Made by a program: the position numbers and the translations under genes. From Candidatus Andersenbacteria bacterium RIFCSPHIGHO2_02_FULL_46_16 (GTDB lineage: Bacteria > Patescibacteriota > Andersenbacteria > UBA10190): a stretch of 64,000 nucleotides of DNA. The DNA lies in the NCBI GenBank assembly GCA_001817065.1, contig MHHQ01000005.1:18651-82650 (forward strand), read 5' to 3'. Position 1 is the stretch's first letter, and the number at the start of each line of letters is the position of its first letter. Below the pieces are notes generated by a model. That model was not told where the DNA came from. It ran no database searches and worked only from the letters and a program-made list of their open reading frames with translations. This document shows, in pieces, positions 28,361-36,441 of the stretch.

Positions 28361-30297
28361 TGATTATGAGGATTATTAGAAACAATATTGCTCTACCCCC
28401 ATACCAGACAATTTCATCAGTCAGGGCAGTGATGGGTGATGGGCTCTTTCATTCCTATAAGAAAGCCTCGTTTTTTAGCCTGTGGTATGGTGGTTTAATT
28501 GTTTTGATACTGGTTTGTTTGGTTGGTTTAAGACCAGCGTTAGCGCAGGAATTAGCACCGGTTGATCTTGATGTGCCTAGGTTGGCGCATGAGACGCAGA
28601 GTGAGCTTATTGCTCTGGGTTGCGAAGAAGTGGATCTTACAAACAAACAGGCTTTGCTAGCGGCCAGAGCGCAGAGCTGGCAACTAATAATACCGGTTGA
28701 TGCTAATGGGAATAGCATGACGTTCTGTTCTATACAGGCAGTAGAAAAATTGCAGCCGTTGAGAGGAGGACAAGTTAAACAAGCCGCGACTGGTTGGCGT
28801 GAAGTATTAGGAAGAATTGGTCTTTTTGGTTTTGATGCCACTTCTTTTCTTCTAACGGGCTCGATTGGTTGGCTTTTTACTTTAGGTGCTCAAATAGGTG
28901 GTTCCGTGTTTAGTTACACTATTTTGCTTTTAACACCGTTGTTTCTTGTTTCTGAGCATATAACAAACAGTACTGTGAGAAGCCTCTGGCCGATAGTTCT
29001 GGGCATAGTTAATCTTGGATTTATGTTAGCTTTGGTTTTTATTGCACTGACAACAGTCTTACGGTTAGAGGTTGGCGGTGGAGTAAGGCGGTCACTGCCA
29101 CGCTTGTTGCTAGCAGCGCTGTTAGTAAATTTTAGTTTAGTGATAGCCGGCGTAGTAATTGATTTTACACGATTGTTAATAAGGGTCTTGGCGGTTGTTT
29201 TCTCGGTGCCTGATCTTACTAGTGACTTGCCTGGTCTTTTAGAGCCAGCTGGTAATTTCGGTCCCATATATGAGGCATTGAAAACCGTGGGGCCGACGTG
29301 GTCATCATCAACTAATGCTCTTAGGGCTTTTATTGGTATGTTAATTGTCTGGATGGTGGCTAGCTCGGGGTTGGTGCTTTTGTTCAATTTGGCAATGCGG
29401 TACATAATGTTGCTTGGTTTGTTGATAGTTTCCCCGTTCGCCTATTTGTTTGTGGCTCTGCCAAATACAGCTAAATTGGCTGGTTTATGGTGGTCATCGT
29501 TTTTTAAATATGTTTTTTATGCGCCAGCAGCACTGTTGATATTGCTGCTAGTTGGGAAGATGAGTCAGATGTCTCTCCCCGGAATCACCGATGGGGTTGC
29601 AAGTGGTTTGGTAAGTGTAATGTTTTTGACCGTCGGTTTTATCGCGGCAGCTCGTGCCGGTAAGTATGCGGGCATTGCGGGATCAGCGGCGATGATTAGT
29701 TTTGCACAAAAAACGGGGCAAAAAGGGAGAAATTTGATGTATAGGGGAGCAAGGGGAATGGGTAGGGGATACATGGCAGCCACAGGGGCTCGAGCTGCCA
29801 CTAAGTATGCTGGTGCGCAGATTGGTTTATTTGGCCGGACGGCCGGTAAAAACCTGTTGTCTTACATTCCTGGTGCGGGCAAAGCAGCAAAGACAAAGGG
29901 TGGCCCGATGGCCGATCGCTTGTTACCAAGTAAAGGTGAACGACAAGCTCGGGCTGCGGCAGTTACGGCGGCCAGGGCTGGTAATTATAATGACCCGTCT
30001 TTGGGATCATCTAGATTGGCAAACAGCGTTGTTGGCGCTCATTTAGCTAGGCAGGCAGGACCTCAGCTTGCAAATATGGGCGCAGTGGGTACCGCAAGCC
30101 AAATTAATGCGGCAGTTAAGAATAAAGAATTAGTTAGAAATTTGGACGATACACAAAGGGCTAATTTAGAAGCTCAAATATTAGTTAATACGTCTTTCAG
30201 TGTTGCCCCAGAAGAAAATGAGAAAGTACGGCAGAGGTTGATCAATGAGTTGAATAACACAATAAGAGACGTTGAATCAAAAGACTATAAAGCCTAA
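28360..30297 (+). CDS. Polytopic membrane protein, VirB6/TrbL-like (putative T4SS channel component)
   Basis: 645 aa, at least 8 TM segments, then a Gly/Ala/Arg-rich hydrophilic tail. Start ATG overlaps the upstream stop (TAATG). Assignment is by architecture and context only. Confidence 0.4.
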   Translation: MIMRIIRNNIALPPYQTISSVRAVMGDGLFHSYKKASFFSLWYGGLIVLILVCLVGLRPALAQELAPVDLDVPRLAHETQSELIALGCEEVDLTNKQALLAARAQSWQLIIPVDANGNSMTFCSIQAVEKLQPLRGGQVKQAATGWREVLGRIGLFGFDATSFLLTGSIGWLFTLGAQIGGSVFSYTILLLTPLFLVSEHITNSTVRSLWPIVLGIVNLGFMLALVFIALTTVLRLEVGGGVRRSLPRLLLAALLVNFSLVIAGVVIDFTRLLIRVLAVVFSVPDLTSDLPGLLEPAGNFGPIYEALKTVGPTWSSSTNALRAFIGMLIVWMVASSGLVLLFNLAMRYIMLLGLLIVSPFAYLFVALPNTAKLAGLWWSSFFKYVFYAPAALLILLLVGKMSQMSLPGITDGVASGLVSVMFLTVGFIAAARAGKYAGIAGSAAMISFAQKTGQKGRNLMYRGARGMGRGYMAATGARAATKYAGAQIGLFGRTAGKNLLSYIPGAGKAAKTKGGPMADRLLPSKGERQARAAAVTAARAGNYNDPSLGSSRLANSVVGAHLARQAGPQLANMGAVGTASQINAAVKNKELVRNLDDTQRANLEAQILVNTSFSVAPEENEKVRQRLINELNNTIRDVESKDYKA

Positions 30298-30299
30298 TC

Positions 30300-30797
30300 T
30301 TGTGCAGATTGTTTAATATGGGTCTTGATTATAATAGTATACCGTCGGGATCGGTGGTAACCGTGTCGCAAGCCGAAGGAGAGCAATATGTGGCGGGATT
30401 GTTTGAATTGCCCCAGATAGCTCGACAAGCCATGGTGTCGACGCGAACAGGGGCGTTTGTGAGAGGCCTGACTAAGGCTTATGGGCTGGAACAGATTAAA
30501 GCGCCGATAATTGCATTGTCAATATTAAAAACAGGGATTGGCAAGATACCGCTTAGTGGGTTGGGGGCTTATTTATCTGGCCAACTAAGGCTTCCTAACG
30601 ATAAAGCGCAAAGGATGGCGCGCGAGATAGAACAAGATTTATTTGAACCAGTTCGGCAGGAGCTGGAGGCGCATTGGGCGAAGCAGAAAAAAGAGGAACC
30701 GGGAAGGCAAGCACAGACGAAAGCGACAGAAGGAGGAGCAAGGAATGTGCTGAATCTTAAGATGGACAAAGCTCCGCCTAAGCCACCGTGGAGATAG
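30300..30797 (+). CDS. Hypothetical protein of the T4SS-like cluster
   Basis: 165 aa, no motif. An alternative start lies at 30318. Confidence 0.4.
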   Translation: MCRLFNMGLDYNSIPSGSVVTVSQAEGEQYVAGLFELPQIARQAMVSTRTGAFVRGLTKAYGLEQIKAPIIALSILKTGIGKIPLSGLGAYLSGQLRLPNDKAQRMAREIEQDLFEPVRQELEAHWAKQKKEEPGRQAQTKATEGGARNVLNLKMDKAPPKPPWR

Positions 30798-31075
30798 TAC
30801 ACAAAACATTCACAAAACACAGTGCACAAAGCCCAAACAAAACACAAAAGACAAACTGATACAAACACGACGCACTTATCCTACCGTTACGGTTGAGAAG
30901 GGGAATGAAACATTCACAAAACACAGTGCACAAAGCCCAAACAAAACACAAAAGACAAACTGATACAAACACGACGCACTTATACTGCTATTACTTTTGA
31001 GAGTAAGGGCGAAACATTCCCAAAACATAGTACACAAAGCCCAAACAAAACACAGTACACAAACACGAATAAACA
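30798..31075 (+). repeat. Tandem array (about 2.7 copies, 104-bp period) of the A+C-rich repeat
   Basis: Unit 'cattcacaaaacacagtgcacaaagcccaaacaaaacacaaaagacaaactgatacaaacacgacgcacttat…' starts at 30807, 30911 and 31015. Copies 1 and 2 are nearly identical; copy 3 is diverged. Confidence 0.85.
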
Positions 31076-31102
31076 GCGCGGACAGACTCTAAATGAGATT
31101 TA

Positions 31103-31483
31103 ATGACACGACATACAAGTCCATATCGTGATCTGGAGGAACGAACATTATTGTTTGCCAAAGAGGTATTAAGAATGTGTCAGTCTTTACCTAAAAGTAC
31201 TATTAATAATAGGTTGATTGATCAACTGATTAGATCGGCCGGGTCAGTAGGGGCGAATTACCGAGAGGCAAACGACGCTATAAGCAAGAAGGATTTTGTT
31301 CATCGTTTACGTATTGCACGAAAGGAAGCAAAGGAAACGAGCTATTGGCTTGATTTGTTACGGGAGGTTAATGTGGAACTGGTGGATAAAATTTCAGTAT
31401 TACAACAAGAGGCAATAGAGCTGAGAAATATCTTGTCTGCTATAATTCAGAAATGTGAGGTTAAGTCCCGTGAACGTGTTTGA
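31103..31483 (+). CDS. Four-helix-bundle protein (TIGR02436 family, '23S rRNA intervening-sequence protein'-like)
   Basis: 126 aa. 'SAGSVGANYREA…KDFVHRLRIARKEAKETSYWLDL' matches the family signature. Confidence 0.65.
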   Translation: MTRHTSPYRDLEERTLLFAKEVLRMCQSLPKSTINNRLIDQLIRSAGSVGANYREANDAISKKDFVHRLRIARKEAKETSYWLDLLREVNVELVDKISVLQQEAIELRNILSAIIQKCEVKSRERV

Positions 31484-31545
31484 TAGGTTTGTAATATTGG
31501 ATTTTGTTTGGGCTTTGTGTTTTGAGTTTTTATATAGTTTATAAT

Positions 31546-31992
31546 ATGCGATTTCAAGTTCCCCAATTCGTCGACATTGAAGATCGGATTATTGGTCCGC
31601 TGACGCTAAAGCAATTTGCTTTTTATCTGATTGCGGCCATGATCATTGGCATTTTATATGTCATGGTAAGTTTAGGCGTGCTGATCGTGTTGGCATTGCC
31701 GATTGCGGGGACAGCTTTGCTGTTTGCTCATGCGAGGTTTTATGGGCAGCCGTTCGGTCAGGTGCTGATTAATGGCATTAGCTATGCTATGGGGTCGAAG
31801 TTGTATTTATGGCGAAGAACTGACAAGGATAACAAGATAAAAATCAGCGGGTCGGAGTTTAGCGATGAAGCGGAAGTATATGGGGTTTCATCTATTGACT
31901 TGATGAGCCAAACTTTAAACACAGAAGGAAATGTCGTGGGAGCAGATTTAGAGGACCCGTTGCTCGAAGAACCGGAGGGGAGCAAGGATTGA
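31546..31992 (+). CDS. PrgI-family protein (VirB3-like T4SS component)
   Basis: 'MRFQVPQFVDIEDRIIGPLTLKQFAFYL' matches the PrgI N-terminal signature, followed by two TM segments. The track ORF starts at TTG 31504. ATG 31546 is directly abutted by TATAAT. Confidence 0.6.
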   Translation: MRFQVPQFVDIEDRIIGPLTLKQFAFYLIAAMIIGILYVMVSLGVLIVLALPIAGTALLFAHARFYGQPFGQVLINGISYAMGSKLYLWRRTDKDNKIKISGSEFSDEAEVYGVSSIDLMSQTLNTEGNVVGADLEDPLLEEPEGSKD

Positions 31993-32012
31993 TTTTATAC
32001 AAAGGGCAGGTT

Positions 32013-32180
32013 AGAAACATTCCCAAAGCACAGTGCACAAAACCCAAACAAAACACAACAACCTAAACCTTACAAACAATCGACGAAACTTATCCAAAAC
32101 ACAGTCTTTGCAAACTTAACAAACCATAACAAAGCGGTGACAAAATTTTACGAACAACGATAAAAACAGATAAAAACACA
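32013..32180 (+). repeat. A+C-rich strand-biased intergenic repeat copy
   Basis: 'gaaacattcccaaagcacagtgcacaaaacccaaacaaaacacaaca…cgacgaaacttatccaaaacacag…'. Confidence 0.75.
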
Positions 32181-32188
32181 GGGTATGG

Positions 32189-32350
32189 AAGTCACATTAT
32201 GAAATGCCACAAATATAGTGACGGGCCCTGTCGGCGCTGCACCCCCACCCGACGGCTTCGGTCTGCCAGGCGGGCAGCCTGCAGGCGCTCGGTGGGGGTC
32301 CCCCGCGCCGCCACCCGTTTATTTAAGAGTGGCATTTCATAATGTGACAT
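32189..32350. repeat. Palindromic element: perfect 20-bp inverted repeats flanking a 118-bp GC-rich core
   Basis: GTCACATTATGAAATGCCAC at 32191-32210 and its exact reverse complement at 32329-32348. The core is about 75% GC and internally self-complementary (GCGCtgcaCCCCCACC / GGTGGGGGtcccccGCGC). Confidence 0.75.
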
Positions 32351-32507
32351 CTATACAAACTTAATTCCAAAATATCCTCTTAAGGACCAATGAATGAACG
32401 AGATGGGGACCGTGGGAAGGAAAGGGAAGAAGTAGAAATACGGAGAAGGGGAGGCTTGCAACAAAAAGAATAGAAAGGGGCAGGGCGATAAGGTAAACTA
32501 TTAAGTG

Positions 32508-33239
32508 ATGTTAGAGAAGGACCAAAAAGGCAAATCCAGTCAGGAACTAGTGCAGATTACGGCGGTACGCGACGGAGTGGTGGTATTGGGGAATAATACC
32601 TTGCGGGCGACTTTGATCGTGTCTTCATTAAACTTCGCCTTAAAGTCTGAAGAGGAGCAAGATGCAATAATTTATGCCTTTCAAGGTTTTCTAAACTCAC
32701 TGGATTTCCCGGTACAGATTTTAGTGATGTCGAGAAAGCTGGATATTACATCCTATTTAGAGGAGCTGGATTCTCGTAAAGAACGGCAAAAAAATGAACT
32801 GCTGCGCTTGCAGATGGCCGAATATATTAATTTTATTTCAGAATTGGTCAAGGGTGGTAATATTATGACCAAGACTTTTTTTGTCTCCGTTTCGTTTGCG
32901 ATGGCGCAGAGCCGACAGTTGAACACGTTGGAAAAACTGGCCAAGACATGGCAAGGCATTGGAAAAGGCAATAAGCCATTTACTGACGTAGAGTTTGAGC
33001 ATTACAAGAAGCAATTAATGCAACGGGTGGAGCAAGTAGCTGTTGGTTTAAGAGGAGTGGGTTTACGTGTGGCACCGCTACAGACGCAAGAAGTGCTGGA
33101 ATTGTTTTACAGCATCCTAAATCCTGTTACGTCACGCAATTTACGTTTGCACAATGTAGCCAAACTGAGCGTAGAGGAAACCGGGGCACCAGACTTAGTG
33201 TCTAGCAACAGATCAGAGCAGCCGTGGGTGAGCAGGTAG
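32508..33239 (+). CDS. VirB4/TrbE-family N-terminal domain (CagE_TrbE_VirB-like), a separate ORF
   Basis: 'ITAVRDGVVVLGNNTLRATLIVSSLNFALKSEEEQDAIIYAFQGFLNSLDFPVQILVMSRKLD' resembles the conserved N-terminal region of VirB4 ATPases. No Walker motifs. The ORF ends at TAG 33237-33239. Confidence 0.5.
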   Translation: MLEKDQKGKSSQELVQITAVRDGVVVLGNNTLRATLIVSSLNFALKSEEEQDAIIYAFQGFLNSLDFPVQILVMSRKLDITSYLEELDSRKERQKNELLRLQMAEYINFISELVKGGNIMTKTFFVSVSFAMAQSRQLNTLEKLAKTWQGIGKGNKPFTDVEFEHYKKQLMQRVEQVAVGLRGVGLRVAPLQTQEVLELFYSILNPVTSRNLRLHNVAKLSVEETGAPDLVSSNRSEQPWVSR

Positions 33240-33300
33240 AGTACAAAACGTAGACAAAGCACAGACAGGCACAAAGTCCAAACAAAGCACAAGCCGTACA
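33240..33300 (+). repeat. A+C-rich strand-biased repeat copy, located between the two VirB4 pieces
   Basis: 'gtacaaaacgtagacaaagcacagacaggcacaaagtccaaacaaagcacaagccgtaca'. Confidence 0.7.
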
Positions 33301-33468
33301 TGTTTTATAAACTGCCATTAATCGGTAAAACCGTACAAACGGGATAGATTAGGCATTAGAAAATAGAAATATAGTAACCAGTAATCCGTAACTTGAAAAT
33401 GAGAATAAATAGGGTAGAGAGGGATGTTTATGGCTCGCTAGGGCTGGTTTTAATATATCTGTTATACT

Positions 33469-35298
33469 GTGGATATGCTGGGATTTAAAATTAAGAGGCA
33501 AACTAAGCAACAAAAGAAACCCGAGAAAGCCTTGCCTGAAGACCAGGCTAAGTTAAAGCAATGGCAGGAGGGAGTGGTGCGTTTGAAGGACATTCTAGCC
33601 CCAGCGGCTTTTTCAGTGTCCACTAAATATGTTGAGATAGACGGCAAGTTTGCCACGACGTTATTTGTGACGGCTTATCCGCGCTATCTGGAAACTAATT
33701 GGCTGTCACCAATAGTGAATTTTGATGTGGAGTTCGATATGGGGATGTTCGTTTATCCACAAGACTCCGCCACGATTTTAAGGCAATTGAAAAAACAGAT
33801 CACCCAAGTGTCCGCTTCGATAATCATGCGGACGGAGAAAGGTAAAGTGAGGGATCCACAGTTAGAAACTGCCTACCGAGACATTGAAGAACTGCGGGAC
33901 AGACTGGTGCAGGGAACGGAACGATTTTTTCAATTAAGTTTGTATCTGACGCTATATGCCGACAGTCAAGAAGAGTTAGAGGAAACTGTCGGACAGATTG
34001 AAGTGTTGTTAGAAGGCCGCCTGGTCTATATTAAGCCGGCTATATTCCAAATGAAGGAAGGATTCTTTTCGACCATTCCGCTGGGGCAGGACAAGCTGGC
34101 GAGAACTACCAACATGAGCTCATCGTCGCTATCAACAACCTTCCCTTTCGTGAGCTCCGACCTTTCTAGCAGTAATGGAATTTTGTTCGGTATTAATTTG
34201 CACAACAACAGCTTAATATTGTTTGATCGATTTAGTTTGGGCAATGCTAATATGGTGATCTTCGCTAAGTCTGGCGCGGGTAAATCGTACGCGGTTAAAC
34301 TTGAGATATTGCGGCAATTGATGTTTGATACGGAAGTGATTGTAATTGATCCGGAAAAGGAATACCGTTATTTGTCTGACTCGGTGGGCGGGGCTTATCT
34401 GCGGATAGCCACAGCGTCCGACCACAGGATCAACCCATTTGATTTGCCGGAGTTGGGAGAGGAAGACGAGCCAGAAACGGTGCTGCGGGAGAATATAACT
34501 CGTTTAATTGGTTTGGTTTCGCTGATGGCCGGGGGGTTTTCGCCAGAGGAAAACTCGGTGGTAGATAAGGCTTTGTGGGAAACATATGCGCTGAAAGATA
34601 TTACTAAAGGCATTAGATGGACAAAGCCTGAGGTGCCGACTTTGCAGGATTTTTATAATATTGTTGGCGACATGGAAGGCGGCGCTAATATTGCCTTGCG
34701 GATTGAGCGGTTTGTGGAAGGGACTTTTGCTGGGGTTTTTAACCGACCAACCAACATCGACTTGGATAATCAACTAGTAGTGTTCAATGTGCGTGATATG
34801 GAGGAGGAGCTGCGGCCGCTAGCTATGTATGTCGTCTTGGGGTTCATTTGGAACAAAGTACGTAGCTCGTTAAAGAAAAGAATACTGGTAGTGGACGAGG
34901 CGTGGGTGATGATGCAACACGAGGAGTCGGCTAAGTTTATGTTCTCCATCGCAAAACGGGCACGCAAATATTACTTAGGTGTAACGACGATTACGCAGGA
35001 TATACAGGATTTTCTGGATTCTAAGTACGGTAAACCGATTGTCACAAACTCTTCTTTGCAGCTGCTACTGCGCCAGTCGCCAGCGGCGATCGATTTGTTG
35101 GCGGATGTGTTTTATCTGACCGACCACGAGAAGTTTAGATTATTGGAAAGTGATGTGGGAGAAGGTATTTTATTTGCCGGGCTGAAACATGTAGCGATTA
35201 AAGTAGTGGCCAGTTATGCGGAGGACCAGGTAATAACCAGCGATCCACAGCAGGTGCTGGCGATTGAGGCGGCGAAGAGAGAGATGGCGGCTAATTGA
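33469..35298 (+). CDS. virB4: VirB4/TraE-family type IV secretion ATPase (C-terminal two-thirds)
   Basis: Walker A 'FAKSGAGKSY', Walker B 'ILVVDEAWVMM', 'YYLGVTTITQDIQDF'. N-terminal region 'YVEIDGKFATTLFVTAYPRYL' is VirB4-like. Track start is GTG 33469; first ATG at 33475. Confidence 0.8.
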   Translation: MDMLGFKIKRQTKQQKKPEKALPEDQAKLKQWQEGVVRLKDILAPAAFSVSTKYVEIDGKFATTLFVTAYPRYLETNWLSPIVNFDVEFDMGMFVYPQDSATILRQLKKQITQVSASIIMRTEKGKVRDPQLETAYRDIEELRDRLVQGTERFFQLSLYLTLYADSQEELEETVGQIEVLLEGRLVYIKPAIFQMKEGFFSTIPLGQDKLARTTNMSSSSLSTTFPFVSSDLSSSNGILFGINLHNNSLILFDRFSLGNANMVIFAKSGAGKSYAVKLEILRQLMFDTEVIVIDPEKEYRYLSDSVGGAYLRIATASDHRINPFDLPELGEEDEPETVLRENITRLIGLVSLMAGGFSPEENSVVDKALWETYALKDITKGIRWTKPEVPTLQDFYNIVGDMEGGANIALRIERFVEGTFAGVFNRPTNIDLDNQLVVFNVRDMEEELRPLAMYVVLGFIWNKVRSSLKKRILVVDEAWVMMQHEESAKFMFSIAKRARKYYLGVTTITQDIQDFLDSKYGKPIVTNSSLQLLLRQSPAAIDLLADVFYLTDHEKFRLLESDVGEGILFAGLKHVAIKVVASYAEDQVITSDPQQVLAIEAAKREMAAN

Positions 35299-35320
35299 TA
35301 ATAGAGTAAGTACGTGTTAT

Positions 35321-35983
35321 ATGGTGTTTGACGCTGGCCAAGATGGAGGTAGGCAAGAAGAAAAACAAGGTTTACGTAATCAAGTCTCAGACACGAGAAG
35401 GAAAGTGCTGCAAAGAAAAGCTGAATTAGCTGCGCTTAAAACCGCAGAAAAGGTTTCGAGTAAAGCAACTGGGGTAGTGGGGAAACAAGCGGGTCGCGCA
35501 GGGGGAAAAGTAGCCGCTAAGACGGCAGGTGTTCCGGTCCAAGTTGGTGAAAAGGCATTAGCAGCGACAGGTGTCGGCGCGCCTGTTGCTGCCGCAATAA
35601 TGGCTGCTCGACTAGTGGCGGAAAAAGGGGTAAGTGAAGCGACAGGGCAAATTGCTAAGCAGGCTTCCCGCCAATTGAGCAAAGCGCCGTTTAAACCATT
35701 AATAGCCGCACAAAAAAGACGCGTAAAAAAGGCCCAACAAAACGCGGGGGAAGCTGAAGAGGCTTTAGCGGAGTTTGGTGAAGATAGCGTAATGGACATT
35801 GTGGATGGAAAAATAAGGAAGGTTGTAGGAAAATTTGTTAGTATACCGGTGGAGGTCGCGTTTGGGTTGTTGTTGACGGTTTTTATGTTCCCATTTGTTA
35901 TTTTGGCAGTGGGTATAGTATTAGCAATAGTTAATATAGAAAGGTTGATACCAATAATTAGGCTGATGTCGTCAATTATTTAA
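35321..35983 (+). CDS. Ala/Lys-rich protein with C-terminal TM segments, hypothetical T4SS-cluster component
   Basis: The track ORF starts at TTG 35264 and overlaps virB4. ATG 35321 lies after the virB4 stop. The C-terminus has two hydrophobic helices. Confidence 0.4.
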   Translation: MVFDAGQDGGRQEEKQGLRNQVSDTRRKVLQRKAELAALKTAEKVSSKATGVVGKQAGRAGGKVAAKTAGVPVQVGEKALAATGVGAPVAAAIMAARLVAEKGVSEATGQIAKQASRQLSKAPFKPLIAAQKRRVKKAQQNAGEAEEALAEFGEDSVMDIVDGKIRKVVGKFVSIPVEVAFGLLLTVFMFPFVILAVGIVLAIVNIERLIPIIRLMSSII

Positions 35984-36007
35984 CTTTTTGAGTAGTGAGC
36001 TAACCCA

Positions 36008-36436
36008 ATGAAATATTTTTTACATAGCAAAATAAGAAGTGGAAAGGTTTTAATTATAACGTTTATACTATTCTATGGTTTAGGGTTGCCACATTCAGTT
36101 AAAGCACAGGCCGCGGTCCCTTGCCCTTGGGGCTTTTTGGAAGTGCTTGATGTAGACGGCGTTAGAGATATTTGCAGTATTATTGGTGGCAGCGGTGCTA
36201 CGGCTACAACGGCAATTGGAAGATTGTTGAGTTGGGTGACGTTAAGCTTGACAGCGCTAGTGATGATGGCAGCAGCGGTTGGCATTGTGATAGGCGGTTA
36301 TATATATATGACGGCGGGGGGCAGCGCGGATCGGGTGCAGCTGGCAAAAACTTGGATAATTGCTGCTTTACTGGGGATTACGATCGCTTTAACGGCTTTT
36401 GTGCTGCTGAATACAATTAGCACAACACTGGTTTGA
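36008..36436 (+). CDS. VirB2/TrbC-like pilin (putative)
   Basis: 142 aa. Signal peptide ending 'VKAQA', then two hydrophobic helices separated by a short loop ('VTLSLTALVMMAAAVGIVIGGYIYMTAGGSADRVQLAKTWIIAALLGITIALTAFVLL'), the classic T4SS pilin topology. Confidence 0.5.
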   Translation: MKYFLHSKIRSGKVLIITFILFYGLGLPHSVKAQAAVPCPWGFLEVLDVDGVRDICSIIGGSGATATTAIGRLLSWVTLSLTALVMMAAAVGIVIGGYIYMTAGGSADRVQLAKTWIIAALLGITIALTAFVLLNTISTTLV

Positions 36437-36441
36437 TTTCA

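Noticed and set aside
30798-31075. Possible CRISPR array (regular 104-bp repeats)
   Set aside because: The units are contiguous 104-bp tandem copies with no unique spacers. The repeats are A+C-rich and non-palindromic, and no cas genes are present.
35380-35799. 139-aa minus-strand Ala-rich ORF
   Set aside because: It is the antisense shadow of the Ala/Lys-rich plus-strand gene 35321..35983.
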